A DNA stretch of 62,895 nt, the filler included, from Choristocarpus tenellus KU-1152 (lineage: Eukaryota > Protista > Phaeophyceae): the NCBI GenBank assembly GCA_964200185.2. It is 11 parts of 11 records of this genome, joined end to end, with 100 filler letters (N's around TTAATTAATTAA, not from the genome) between each part and the next. Parts side by side here need not be neighbours in the genome. Positions count along the whole stretch, not along the records: positions 1 to 13,615 come from CAXNAD020001433.1; positions 13,716 to 17,191 come from CAXNAD020019779.1; positions 17,292 to 21,564 come from CAXNAD020015346.1; positions 21,665 to 24,355 come from CAXNAD020025617.1; positions 24,456 to 27,262 come from CAXNAD020024583.1; 6 more parts are not named here. The stretch is one strand, 5' to 3'. Position numbers and translations under genes: made by a program. The notes under the pieces were generated by a model. That model was given only the letters and a program-made list of their open reading frames with translations, did no database searches and was not told where the DNA came from. Shown here in pieces: positions 13,150 through 25,279 of this stretch (positions within the stretch are counted from its first letter, which is position 1; the number at the start of each line of letters is the position of its first letter).

Positions 13150-13615
13150 CATCGGTGATCTCCAACAGTCCACGCTTCTCGAGGTGATAGCTGAGGGGTT
13201 CATATGATCTAATATGTTATGCCAAGTCCTTCAATGTCAGCCTCTGCTTTTGGTTGCCTCGTGCAGCGCTGGCTCTCGATTCTTGTTCCATGTTGATTAT
13301 GGTTCCGGTTAAATTTAAGAACCACCTCGATTTTTGTAGGTTTATCTTGGACGAATTCTTGGAGGCCCTCAAATAACTTTCTTTTGTTCCTGAATCCATA
13401 AATTCTCCTCCCCATCCCGTTGTATACTTCCAGTACTCAATATGCGGCATGGTAGACCTGGGACCCATACAACATCCTTCAGAACCACACTTGTTGCCCA
13501 CAATCGTCGATGCTGATCCTTTCGTTGTTTGTAGAAGGAGGAACCATAACGCCTTGTTATTCTTCGAGTATGTGGCATGTGCCGTACGCACTGCCTCTCC
13601 CGAGATGGTGGAGGG
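13150..13615 (-). mobile_element. Probable degenerate Ty1/copia gag fragment, truncated at contig end
   Basis: YSKNNKALWFLLLQTTKGSASTIV followed by frameshifted coding-like sequence resembles copia gag helical regions; motif recognition only. Confidence 0.35.
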
Positions 13616-13715
13616 NNNNNNNNNNNNNNNNNNNNNNNNNNNNNNNNNNNNNNNNNNNNTTAATTAATTAANNNNNNNNNNNNNNNNNNNNNNNNNNNNN
13701 NNNNNNNNNNNNNNN
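13616..13715. other. Artificial contig linker N44-TTAATTAATTAA-N44 (first of 10)
   Basis: Identical 100-nt spacers at 13616, 17192, 21565, 24356, 27263, 31630, 34915, 37838, 53213 and 56453. Separate 10-N scaffold gaps at 59141-59150 and 60510-60519. Confidence 0.99.
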
Positions 13716-14369
13716 AGGGGGTAAGGGGATCAGAGATGTGGTTGGGTACGGATAATCTTAGGAGGGACAAGGATAGCAGGGAGAACATGAGCTTCAATCA
13801 TCTTTGCTCAGGCCTACACCCTTCAGAGGTGTAGGGTGTGGTTGAGTAGAACAAAATCGTTTGAGGTGAGAATATTGGGCCCGGTCCAAGCAAGGGGTTA
13901 GGCCAGATGTGTTGGTGCTGATCCAAATCTCTCTCCCCCTCCTCTCCGCCGATCCACGTTTTGCTTCCCATGGATCCACTTCTATCCACAGTTTTGTTTC
14001 CCTTCCTAGCCCAGAACACCATGTTCTACACCTGACTTGAAGGGCTACAAATAATTATTTCATGTTTTTGTACATTTACTTGTTTCCTGGCTCTCTTATC
14101 TCCTAGCGCGTTTAAGTTTCTGCTTTGTAGTACCTTTTAATATCAGTCAAAGCTGCTATGACACTTTCTGCCCTTCATTCACTTGACTGAACCGACATAT
14201 GTCTCCCCCATGTGTATATACCTGACTCTGCATGAACTTTCATTTCCCAACTCCGAAAAGGGTCTCCAGTGCAAATCCAAGATCGCAGGTCGTCTGCACA
14301 CGACAACAACCACCGTGCAGTCAAGGCCAACCTACATCAAACCTACTTCCCCGACTAAGGTGACTCTGT

Positions 14370-14468
14370 TTTGTAGTAACAATACCTGAAAATGGAAGGG
14401 GAACTTGCTGAACAGAGGCACGTATTTCAGCAAGTTCCCCTTCCATTTCCAGGTATTGTTACTACAAA
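14370..14468. repeat. Near-perfect inverted repeat: 43-bp arms, 13-nt loop
   Basis: TTTGTAGTAACAATACCTGAAAATGGAAGGGGAACTTGCTGAA (14370-14412) pairs with TTCAGCAAGTTCCCCTTCCATTTCCAGGTATTGTTACTACAAA (14426-14468) with one mismatch. Confidence 0.95.
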
Positions 14469-16317
14469 TGAAAGTTCCAAATTGTCAAAATGGACCTTCA
14501 ATGTTTGATGCAAAATTCAAAACCCAATGTATAAAATCTCGAAACAATAGATGAAAATTATGTTCCTGACTGTGCACAAACCAGGATATATAGCATTGGG
14601 TGTGAAAGGGTAATTTTCTAGGTCCTTTTTTTATCAGTGAAGGTAAACGTCACAGAACCAGTCCACACGCCGAGCCGCTTCTCCAAGCTTCGTTCACATT
14701 TACAAATCATGTCCGCCATCTATTGACAACTATTTAATGAACGGGTGGGTGGATTTCATTTTGAAACATACCTAACCCTTACCAACCTGATTTTTTCTAC
14801 TAGTACTACTAATCATACATTTGGTTTAATGCAACATTCCACATCGTGGCACTTGACCTTCTAGAACTTTCATCATCAGTGCTTTTTTGACTTTTAAAAT
14901 GAATGTTTGGGTTTCGAGAGTATTGACATTAGTAGGGTATCTCTTAATAGAAAATATCTTAGAAAATATACTGTATAGTAGATATTATGTACGTAATCGA
15001 GCCAAAACATTATCTCGAATCACATCTGTGATAAATTGTTAGTGGTCAAATTCCCTAAGCTTGCTTCATAATCACAACTCCAGGTACCCCGCTATGCAAG
15101 AGACTGAAATGTCAAAAGCAAAATGTAGATAGTATAGTACATTAAACATCCAAATAGTTCACTATCACTCAAATCTTGAGGAAGAGATATTTGAGATATG
15201 GGAAGAGAAATCACTTGTTGACATGCCTTGTAGGAAACATCTCGAGTATGATAAAGAACTTAGAGATTACGTCTTTTATGATAGAGTATACTGTGCAAGA
15301 GCTACATTTTCCATGCACCAAAGGTCATGTATACTCTGAAGCAACCATCTGTCGTAGAGAATGCTATCACTACTACCCTGGAGATAACTTGTAGCAAAAT
15401 GAGTCATGGGCGGACTGTGGTGTCATGGTTGAGGGACATGGAAAGGTTCAAATGTGGTGAAGCTTCACCTGGCTGGTAGCATTGTCCTCCTTGAGACTCA
15501 ATTCTTTGTAGTGTTGTAGCTCTATATGGATGTTTGCCGTGGTAGATGGGGACATGTGTAATGAGGAGGGGACGGAAGGGTATGTTGAGAGCAATGAAGG
15601 CAGAAGGGCATTGATAAGGTAGGAGAGGGGGAGGAACAAGAGAAACAGTGAGCAAGAAACATTCAAGAAACATCTTTTAGCTGAATTTGATTGTCCTCTG
15701 TGGTTAAGGAAAGGGCCATCATCAACTACTACAGTAGTATGTGAAAATGGGGTGGGAAGTGTTTGAGGAACAACGAGATGGAAGAACAAAATGCCTTCAC
15801 ATATATTGCATGAATTCCTCAAGGTTTGTTTGTATGTATATGTGTATGTATTATATCACGGAGTGTAGGAAAGATGGATCACATGGGGTACATGGCACGT
15901 AAAGGTTTCCAGTCAGGGAAGTGAGCCTGAGTTAAACATAGGAGAGTGCCACGAGCTTGGGAGAGGGAATCATAAATCCATCATTTTTACAAAACCACAC
16001 AACAGTCAAATGTCTGTTTCTGGATGACGGTCTGGGGTTTGTTCAGGGCGAAAGGTATTAGGGGGATTGAGGGAGGAGTTTGTACTGATGACAGGCTTCA
16101 CTTGATTTGAAGACAAGGTGGGAAAAGGGCAATGCATAGGTAGAGTGGTATGGTGAGGGGATGATGGGTGGATAGAAGGGATGTAGATACATTGTATTTG
16201 GTAGGAGCACAAGAGACCATAGAGAAGAAAGGAAAATAGAAGATCTCAGAGGTAGCAGAAATGTGGAAGCATTTTCCTGTAGAGATGGGAGTGAGTTGTT
16301 GTTAAGGGCAGAAATAC

Positions 16318-17142
16318 CTGCTTGGGGCCTTCCCAGGGAGTTTCTTCTTGCCCGTTGCAATACTTGTAGATGAGGTGGTCACGTCATCATCATCACATTC
16401 ACAATTCCGCTTCCTCGAAGAATTCCATCCTGTACTGGCAACTTGGTAACTGTTGCTGCTGTTAGTGCTGTTGCTGCTGTTGCTGCTGTTGCTGCTATTA
16501 TTCCTGTTGTTGATGTAACTTCTGCAGTTGCTATTGGAGTTACTGCTGGAGTTGCTGCTGCTGTTGCTGTTGCTGCTGCCGCCGCAGCTCCTGCTGGCCT
16601 TGACACCCTCCTTGCGCTTTATGTACGATCGTGCAACTTTGCGCAAAGAGGAATACCTATTTGATAAATGTTTCACACCATCACACCACTGTTGAAAGAT
16701 ATGATGGGGGTAGTAGTATTCCACACCATTATATATCAGCTCACAACACAAGACTCACACCAACAATGGGTGATAGATCTGATTGGGAATGTGACCCACT
16801 GTCTGGTGTCTGTGGTGATTGATGAGTTGAAAGACTTCCAATCTGTTATGGATAGGTGCCATGCTTCTTCACCCAGTCAAGACACTTCAGATATGATATT
16901 TTTCTACAAATGATATATGGGAAGTGTTATGGAGAAGGACTTCTGCTTGCAGTGCACCTTTCAAAATGGCCATGGAGGATGTTGACATTGACGAGGATCT
17001 CACCATCGGTTCTTGATGTCATTACATGTCCGTCCGGGCAGGAGCTTGGCAATCTCCGTCCATCGATTCCCCAGCTTCTGGTGGGCATCAGTGAATACAT
17101 CTTGTTCCTCAGGAGTCCACTCCCCCTTCCTTACCCTTGGAT
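16318..17142 (-). CDS. Myb-domain transcription factor, partial (last Myb repeat plus Ser/Asn-rich tail)
   Basis: Exon 17142-17004 reads [47 protein letters not shown], a canonical Myb R3 repeat. It splices in phase 2 to exon 16656-16318 ([10 protein letters not shown]...SNSNSSSNS...). The 5' part is off-contig and the 3' end is unresolved. Confidence 0.92.
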
Positions 17143-17291
17143 CTGATGGAGGTATTGGATGGTAGGGGTGGTAGTGGAAATGGAGAGAGAGNNNNNNNNN
17201 NNNNNNNNNNNNNNNNNNNNNNNNNNNNNNNNNNNTTAATTAATTAANNNNNNNNNNNNNNNNNNNNNNNNNNNNNNNNNNNNNNNNNNNN

Positions 17292-17457
17292 GGGGGGGGG
17301 GGGGGGAGGGTCTACATCAGGGTGTCCATTCGGGTCCTGACCAGGAGAAGTACACTTACATTCTCCATCCAACACATGCAACCAAATCACCCAAGAATCA
17401 TGACATGGAAAAATGGGCCCCAAATGGAAAGCCGACACCCCCCCCATACTTTGAGCC
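17292..17457. mobile_element. MITE family B copy, left end lost in poly-G at contig edge
   Basis: Alignable to 21674-21851 and, in reverse, to 34695-34872; ends CCCCC(AG)ATACTTTGAGCC. Confidence 0.8.
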
Positions 17458-18118
17458 TCTGAAGAAAACCTGTGCAAAAACACAAACTTGTACATACATG
17501 AGAGGAACACCAAGCAAGAAAGAGCTACCCAGCTACCAAGCTGGCTTAACCACTATTCTTGAGATATGCTGCACTCGCTGAAGGTTTGCACAAAAAACAC
17601 AAAGAGTTCTGCTTTCATAGACGGACTAAACCACTGCAACTGGCAAGAGCAGCAGCAGATTACAAAGGTTGATTTTGATGTGGGTAGTGTGGTTCTAGTG
17701 CGATGACAAAACGAAGGTACAGACACTCTTGTACTCTCAAGGCATCGCTTCAATAGTCAGGGAGTGGACCTAAGTAAAACCACAACAAATTGCGGCCTTT
17801 GTGCACGTCATCAAGGCAAGGGGATATTGAACACACTGCACTAGAAACTCCTCCAAGAAGTTTTGTAGTTTGTCAAGGTGTGGCATATCCAGAGTTGGTC
17901 AATACTAGTGACAGCAAAGTCTTACCTCTCCACTGATGCTTCACCCCACATCCCTGTCCCCTCTTCCCACATACAATGCCATGCACAGAACCTTCCTCTC
18001 TGCTGTTTTACCCAGGGCAAACAATTATATCTTAGAAAACGAACAAGTTTGGCTTAACTAGATTCAACCCTGCTCCCAAAATAATATTGACTCTAAGGAA
18101 GTAGGGGCCATGCTTCAC

Positions 18119-21100
18119 CTTGATCCCGGCATGCACAGCAAGAGCAGCGGTTTCTGGCCTTGACATAATGTGAGGTTGGGTGAGGAAGCCCCAAACAAGG
18201 CGGAAGAAATCTGCATCGAGGAGGTACATATCTCGGAGGAAGGTCATGTTCACAGCCCACACTTCATGCAGCACTCCAGGGGACATCAACACCTCGTTAT
18301 CACCAGGACTAGGCCTGGGTGAGGACAAGGGGATGGGTGTGTGGTGAGCAACGACAAGGTGAAGCTTTAAAAAGCGGGACAGGAGTGGGAGACAGAGAGC
18401 ACAGCAACACAAACTGTACTGACACTAGTCAGCGCGCAGACAGTGAATCAATCCAAAAACAACGTGTAGGTAAGGAGCTTCTCACCTGTCATAGAAGGCA
18501 GTCCAATCCATTGAACCTTCACTAAACAACCTCTTATGTGAGGGTGGCTGCATGACTTGCTCCATTGACATCCGTGTGCCCTGTTGCTGACCCACTATCC
18601 TGTCAGAGTGGTTTATACTCCTCAATTTTCGTGCCTGTGCTTTATGTGTGCCCTGGTCACCACCACTTGCACCACCAGCTCCTAAAGGCCAAATTGGTCC
18701 AACTTGGTCCTGTCCCAGTCCATTGAAACTTTGGGCAAACCCTGCTTGGTCCTTAATCTTACTCTGTTGATGCAGAGGCAATAGTGCTCCATCTTCACTT
18801 GTGGCATGTTTCACAAGGTTTGTTCCCAGCCTGATGTCCTCTTCTTGAGTCCTAATGTCTCTGACAGACAAGGTGCTGGCGCCATCACAGACATCTCTTC
18901 TATCCAGTGCACTGGCTTTGTCAGACGAGATCTGGTGGGACTCAACAGGTTGCAAGCCCAAAGTGTCGTGGGGTGTTGTCGGTTGGAGCTTGTCCAGTAC
19001 TGAATGCTCTGGGATAGAGGCAGAGTCAGCATGTTGAGCCTCATAGACAAGAAGATAAGCATTGTTTTGACGCAGCTGTTTCCCAGGTTCTGCACTCTTT
19101 GTGCTTGACTGTCCCCCCTAAAACAGGAAGTGCATAGATAGGAGAGACAGAAAATAACAGTGGTTAGATTACACTCAGCTTGAGGGAAGGGAAGGGAAGG
19201 GAAGGGGAAAGGTAGCCAAGGTTGCAGACCAGGGAAAAAAACCCATAGCTGGAGATGTGATGAGGGGGGAGGGGACAAAGACTCTATGAGGTAGCATCAA
19301 CTGACAGAAAGAGTAGATGGAGGAGAAAAAAAACTTTACAGTTACAAGAAACAGAGGCACACCTTTCACATAGCACGATTGACAACGAGCTTGGGATGCT
19401 GAGGACTCAGAGAAGTGCTTGTGTTGTCACAGGCCCTTCCACAACCATATCATTTCAAGAAGCTGGAGAACATTCCAATCGACTGCCCCAACAGCGTTCC
19501 CTTCTGACTATGCCTCCAATGAACGGTACACCAGAGTTCTGGAGTGGTAGTAACAACTCTACACTCTTTGCAAGAAAGAGTTAGGACTGGTTGACTGAGC
19601 ATGTTTGCCACATAGACACACTTAGGCTATTCCTACACTCCATCGTACAACCTCATAGCAAACTATGGGCTCTATCCATGTCAGTCTGACCTCTGTGGGA
19701 ATTCCACCAAAGCATTCAAGTGGAATGTTGACTGGGTCAAACGGTCTGACTATGCGGTCATTGAATTCCATCCATTGCTCTCCATCAACACGGATGTAGC
19801 TGTAGTAGTGACCACTGACTGCAGTTCCCTGGTGTGCCTGAGGTGTTTGTACATGGGTGGCAGGGGGAGGCAGTAGGATATGCATGGAAAATTGAGGGCA
19901 CAGGCTCAACCCAATGTAAACATTGACACAACAAAACAGCCCAGGCTCCCTATGTCCCCTCTTCTTTCTCAAGACAAGAAAGATTAGCAGAAGAAGTCTT
20001 CACTCACCACAATCCCTTTCAGATGGTAATTATAGTATCCAGAATGCACCCTTGATGTCTGCTGGGGTGTTGATCTTGAGGTGCTTTCCCCAGTGCTTGT
20101 CCCATGAAGCACACCTTCTGTATCTTCCTCTTTGGTTGGGTAGTCACCTGAGCTGTCAATGTCCCCAAGCAAACTGTTCATTTTACCTGACTCATCGCCA
20201 TGCCTGCTGCTATCATATTTCCCCCCACCTCCAGATCTGTCACAAAAAACCTGAGACCCTGAATCCTTTGTGTTCCCCTTAGTTGCAGTTGTTGGTAAGG
20301 TCTCTGATGGCAATCTAAGGGGAGAGAGGGAGGATGGAAGGTCAAACGAGCCACTGCCTGATACAATCGCATGGGGGATGCCATGTGCCATAGGCATAGG
20401 CTCTTCTTGCCCTGCCCTCGCCTGGAGAACCTCGCCCTGTGGAGCTTCCCTGACCTCCGCCACGTTGGTAGGTCTTTGTGTGCTTCCAACTAGACTGGTG
20501 TTTTGGTGAGCACCTTTTGGAAGAGCACCATCACCAGCAGGCCTGCTTACATCAGAAGAACCAACCTCCAACGTGGACTCCCCACTGCTCGAGTGCGTTT
20601 GGCCCAACTCTGTCTCCATCTCCCCAGACTGTGATAGAGAAGGTGTAAGAACAGTTGACATGCTCTCACCTCGCAGCAGTCTGCGCTCATTCTGCTGGAT
20701 ACCCTGTGAGTTCCATACATATTTTTTTATGTTTTGTAAGTTCAGCGAGTGAGGGCAGAAGATGAAGGCGCTATTGGCAGGGGAAACTATGTGAAGTAAC
20801 TACTATTGACACAGGCGATCACAACTTGAAGAGAAATACCAAACAGGAAAGAGGAGCTAGAGTAGGTTAGAGTTGGGATGTATGTATTGGTGTCGGGTTC
20901 AGGAACACAAAGGACTGAAGAAAGGAATAAGGACCCAGTCATTGGGACAATAGCAGATTGCACCACAGCTTGAGTAACACGTTCACACATATATGGGAAA
21001 TGCCAATTCACAGCAGAAGTGCTCCAAAAAACAATACAATACAATATGTTCATTCAAAACTGTGAATTCTCTTCCCACTGCAAATTTTGGGGCAGTATTT

Positions 21101-21303
21101 CTCACCTCCAGTGTCCATGGCTCCATGTCCAGCTCCATGGGGAAGGAGCAGCGATGATTTAGCTTGTGACGAGTCATGGTCTCTAGGTCAAACTCAAACC
21201 GCTTGAGGTGTATAATGAGGGTAGGGGGTAGAGCCTTGATGGCACATCGCCGCTGTGCTGTGACTCTCTGACCACACTTCTCGCAGAGGTAGCAGTTGTC
21301 ACC
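18119..21303 (-). CDS. Ubiquitin-specific protease (peptidase C19), USP9/24/34-like, internal exons
   Basis: Phase-consistent exons 21303-21106 (GDNCYLCEKC...LPPTLIIHLKRFEFD...FPMELDM), 20703-20008 (...YHLKGIV), 19837-19691 (His box AHQGTAVSGHYYSYIR...WMEFND...CFGG), 19117-18486 (NAYLLVYE), 18314-18119 (VWAVNMTFLRDMYLLDADFF). Confidence 0.93.
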
Positions 21304-21673
21304 CTATGGAGTTATGGTCACAACTAATGGTCAATAAAAATATGGGGGGTAATATCAGCGGGTTGGATGGTGCATGGAGGCGGAAAGAGCTTCACTGTAT
21401 GCTCACTTGTTTTGAAAGGGAAAAATGCACCAGGTCGGCTCTAATGCATCAAATGTCTTTCTACTAGTGAATGATCCCCCACAGAACCAAACGGGCTAGC
21501 CTTTGCCCATCCCTATCCAACAAAACAACACCACCCAGAACTTGGGAGGCAAGGGGGGGGGGTTNNNNNNNNNNNNNNNNNNNNNNNNNNNNNNNNNNNN
21601 NNNNNNNNTTAATTAATTAANNNNNNNNNNNNNNNNNNNNNNNNNNNNNNNNNNNNNNNNNNNNGATCGTCGT

Positions 21674-21851
21674 GGCCCGGAGGCTCGGGGGGGGGGGGGG
21701 TAGCTACACCAGGGTGTCTATTTGGGCTCTGACCAGAAGAAGTGAACTTACATTATCCATCCGACGCATGGAACAAATCAACCAAAAATTGTGACATGAA
21801 AAGATGGACCCCGAATGGACAGCCACCTCCCCCCCCCAGATACTTTGAGCC
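21674..21851. mobile_element. MITE family B copy
   Basis: Alignable to 17292-17457; ends CCCCCCAGATACTTTGAGCC. A further terminal fragment lies at 24456-24476. Left boundary approximate. Confidence 0.8.
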
Positions 21852-21932
21852 ATATGTGTGTGACCCTCTCAGTAAATTCTCAGCAAATTCTCAGTTGACC
21901 CTCTTTTCCCTTCGGTGAACCACCTGTTTCAG

Positions 21933-22019
21933 GTGGGATCCATAGTTTCAAAGCTTAAGAAACACGATGACAGTATGATATCTTCTTTGGCAAAGACACT
22001 GGTGAAGAGGTGGAAGAAG
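21933..22019 (+). CDS. Single exon of a TFIIS N-terminal (LW/Med26/IWS1-type) domain protein
   Basis: cag|[29 protein letters not shown]|gt, 87 nt, phase 0/0; matches the GxxVxxLxKH...AxxLVxxWK signature. Confidence 0.85.
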
Positions 22020-22033
22020 GTACAAAATCCTGC

Positions 22034-22152
22034 ACACACACACACACACACACACATACATTCATACATACATACATACATACATACACACACCCACACA
22101 CACATACATACATACATACACACACCCACACACACACACATACATACATACA

Positions 22153-22184
<32 letters not shown>

Positions 22185-22190
22185 CATACA
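22034..22190. repeat. Compound (CA)n/(CATA)n microsatellite
   Basis: Directly visible; explains the HT/YI and VC-repeat ORFs. Confidence 0.95.
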
Positions 22191-22709
22191 TAAGAATCGG
22201 AACGATACTGTACCCTGTTTTGGTTTAGGATCTGTTTTTTTTTGTTTTCAGGTGTAGGATTCATTCTTAGGGTTAGGGACACGACATGTGGTTGCATTTG
22301 TAGTCAAGAGCTCGTTCCCAGGGTTAGGGATGGGGTTTGTGTTCGTGGATAGGATTCCTATTTTAGGGTTAGGTTTGAAGTGTGATTTCATAGGGTTAGG
22401 GATGGGGTTTCGTTGTGAGTGGGTAGTCTGGATTGGGGGCTATCACATCATGGGGTTCTGGATTTGAATCTCAGTATACTGGTCCATAGCCTGTCATGTG
22501 ATCGTTGCGATGGGGTGGTATGATTATGACTTACTCTGTTGAGAGTACAGGGAGTTTCTGTCACATATTGTCAGAGCATGTGTACCTTTTTATTGTAACT
22601 CCGACCCTCCAATTTTTCCCGGCGGTAATCTCCGATTTTTGGTTGAAATTGGTACCGTACGCTATGATGGAGATGTGTCGTGTTTATTTCATGTTTATTG
22701 TTGTGTGAA

Positions 22710-22871
22710 CTAGGGTTAGGGTTAGGGTGGATCGATTGATGTTGGAGACCATAGCAGAGAGGTGTGGTATGTGACACAGAGTTAGGGTTAGGGTTAGGGT
22801 GGATCGATTGATGTTGGAGACCATAGCAGAGAGGTGTGGTATGTGACACAGAGTTAGGGTTAGGGTTAGGG
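22710..22871 (+). repeat. 72-bp tandem unit: (TTAGGG)3 plus 54-bp spacer, twice, closed by a third (TTAGGG)3
   Basis: Telomeric trimers at 22710-22727 (first hexamer CTAGGG), 22782-22799 and 22854-22871; identical spacers at 22728-22781 and 22800-22853. Confidence 0.95.
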
Positions 22872-25107
22872 TACGGGATGTAGAAATTTGGTGATTGAGT
22901 TAAGGATCGAGATCGTGAGCTTAAGAGGGTTACAGTTAGGGTTTAATTTGCCCTCCTGTATGTAATAATTGTAACTACATCTGATTTGAGTTGTGATTTT
23001 CAGGAGCCAAAATTTTATATTTTTTGGTGCTTGGTTGTAACGTGAAGTAACAATCGTACTGCGGTGTGTTGACAAAGGTATATTTATTTTATTATTAGCA
23101 GAAACAGCGTTGAAGGGTATTGTTACTTTTATTTTATTATTATTACTCTTATAGTAAGAGTCCCAATCTTCCCATGTATCTTCTCAAGTACCTGTTGTGA
23201 AAGTTTCAGAAGTCTCCCTTTACGAGCCTCTATCCCATATCGGACTGTGTTGTGCCTGTGGAGGGAGTATGAGTAGATACACAATATAAAGATTTCACAT
23301 ATCGAAATATTATTATCGTTCCTGCTCTGAAACCGCTATTTTGTATTGTGTTTATGTGATATGGTTACGTTTTTGGTGTATAAATGAGAATGTTTTTAAT
23401 GAAAACTTAATATTATAATTGGTCAATGTTGTATGGCTAGATGCACAAGACAACGGCATCTGATCTATCTCTTTGGGATTTTTTTTTCCCAAGCTCCTAT
23501 CCCTGTTCAACTGATTCAAAACGGTATCACTACATTGGAATTGTTAGTTGTTAGTTAGTGGCCGAGGTGAGAGCGATGATGAAGTGTTGCAGAGATTTTT
23601 TTTTTTGTACATGAGGCATAGCAAGCGTTCTATGAGCGGGTATAATAGGGTTAGGTTTAAGGTTTGAAGTAGATGGTAGGTGTTCATTGTTGAGGGGTTA
23701 GGGTTAGGGTTGGGGGTCTATGAAATGGACAGTGGTATGGGCACAGGTTTGAGAAACCGGGACAGAGATGCGACTCTGGTTTTCTTTTTCATACTGTTCG
23801 TTGATATTTTACAGATGTTGCGTAGGAAAAAAATGTGTCTATGTAGACCATGGAGGCGTTTGTTAAGTTACCACTACACCATGGAGGCGATAGTTCATCC
23901 CCTGCGAGACTACCGCGGTGTTGAGGGTTACAACCCTAACCCTATTCCTGCGGTGGCATCTCACCATCTTGACACAAACCAACACAAATAAATAAAAAAA
24001 CACGGTGATGAGAACGGTTGGGTGTTTTTTATTTTTTACAAATAATGCCTTCCAAGTAAACAAACAGCAGTGATCTCTAAAAATATTAAAAAAAGAAAAA
24101 AGTAGTAGTAGCAGACGCCTTCCTTCTTCCTTGGTTGCTGTATTGTATCGAGAGTCGCTTCGAGCGATCGAGTCTGTTCATTTTTCATTAAAAAAAAAAA
24201 TCAGATGCGGTTGCTAAAACCAGGAAAAAACTTTAAAGTTTTAAAAAAAAAGAAACGACCTAAATATATCAATAAATATCATTTTTTTTTTTTTTTTTAC
24301 AATAGGGTGGAGTGAATTCTGTAGCAATGTCATCAAATGAAACCCCCCCCTCCCCNNNNNNNNNNNNNNNNNNNNNNNNNNNNNNNNNNNNNNNNNNNNT
24401 TAATTAATTAANNNNNNNNNNNNNNNNNNNNNNNNNNNNNNNNNNNNNNNNNNNNCCCCCCAAGATACTTTGAGCCACATGGTGGGGATTGGCAAGCAGA
24501 TCAGGCGAACAAAATTGGAAAGCCAACCACAAGGCACAACCTCCTGTATGGGCTGCACGATACAATTTTTGACGCATTGCTCCTCTCGAAGTCCACACAC
24601 GGAGCTAACGGAAACATCGCAGTGGCACACACTTCCTTCCTTCTTGTTGCACCCATCTCAAACACACATCATCGGAGCACGTGCGACAACAGCATCCGTT
24701 AAAAAAAAAAAATGACACGTACGTACGGCTCGTTTCTTGCGGTAGTCTAGATGTACATTCCTCAATAATAATAATAAAATAATAACAATAAAAATAAACA
24801 CAAAACAGCAAAGGGTATGGAGGCGTGTAAAGGCAAAACGCCTCAGTATAGACTTAAGGCACGTCGTATAGACTCTCCACATAAATATTAACGGATCGGT
24901 TTCCCTGTTACGTCCCTTTGCTTGCAACGCATTGCTCTCTCAAGTTTTCAAGGCAACTCTTCTGCCACAAACAACAACGGAGTTGTAAAGTAAGTCCGTC
25001 AGTCACATCCATGTCCAAAGTGCTTCTACAACAATTTCAAAACAGAACTGTTACTCTCTGTTCGAACAAAAGGGGACTCTGCACTCTAGTCTATCTCATT
25101 CTAGACC

Positions 25108-25161
<54 letters not shown>

Positions 25162-25279
25162 TCTCTCACACACACACAAGCATACACTGTCACGGCACTC
25201 AGCTCAAACCTCAACAACAGCACACAAATAAGCCTCCATAATAGTCCAAAACCATTGCTCCTCTTCTTCTCACACTCAC

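Noticed and set aside
21915-22297. His/Thr- and Cys/Val-repeat ORFs (also near 53021, 56497, 58871, 61504)
   Set aside because: Translations of microsatellites and homopolymer runs.
22710-22871. CRISPR-like array
   Set aside because: Spacers are identical, the repeats are telomeric hexamers, there are no cas genes, and the context is a eukaryotic intron.
23815-23991. Candidate terminal exon for the TFIIS-N gene (MLRRKK...)
   Set aside because: Good acceptor and phase, but the peptide has no recognisable features; not supportable without transcripts.
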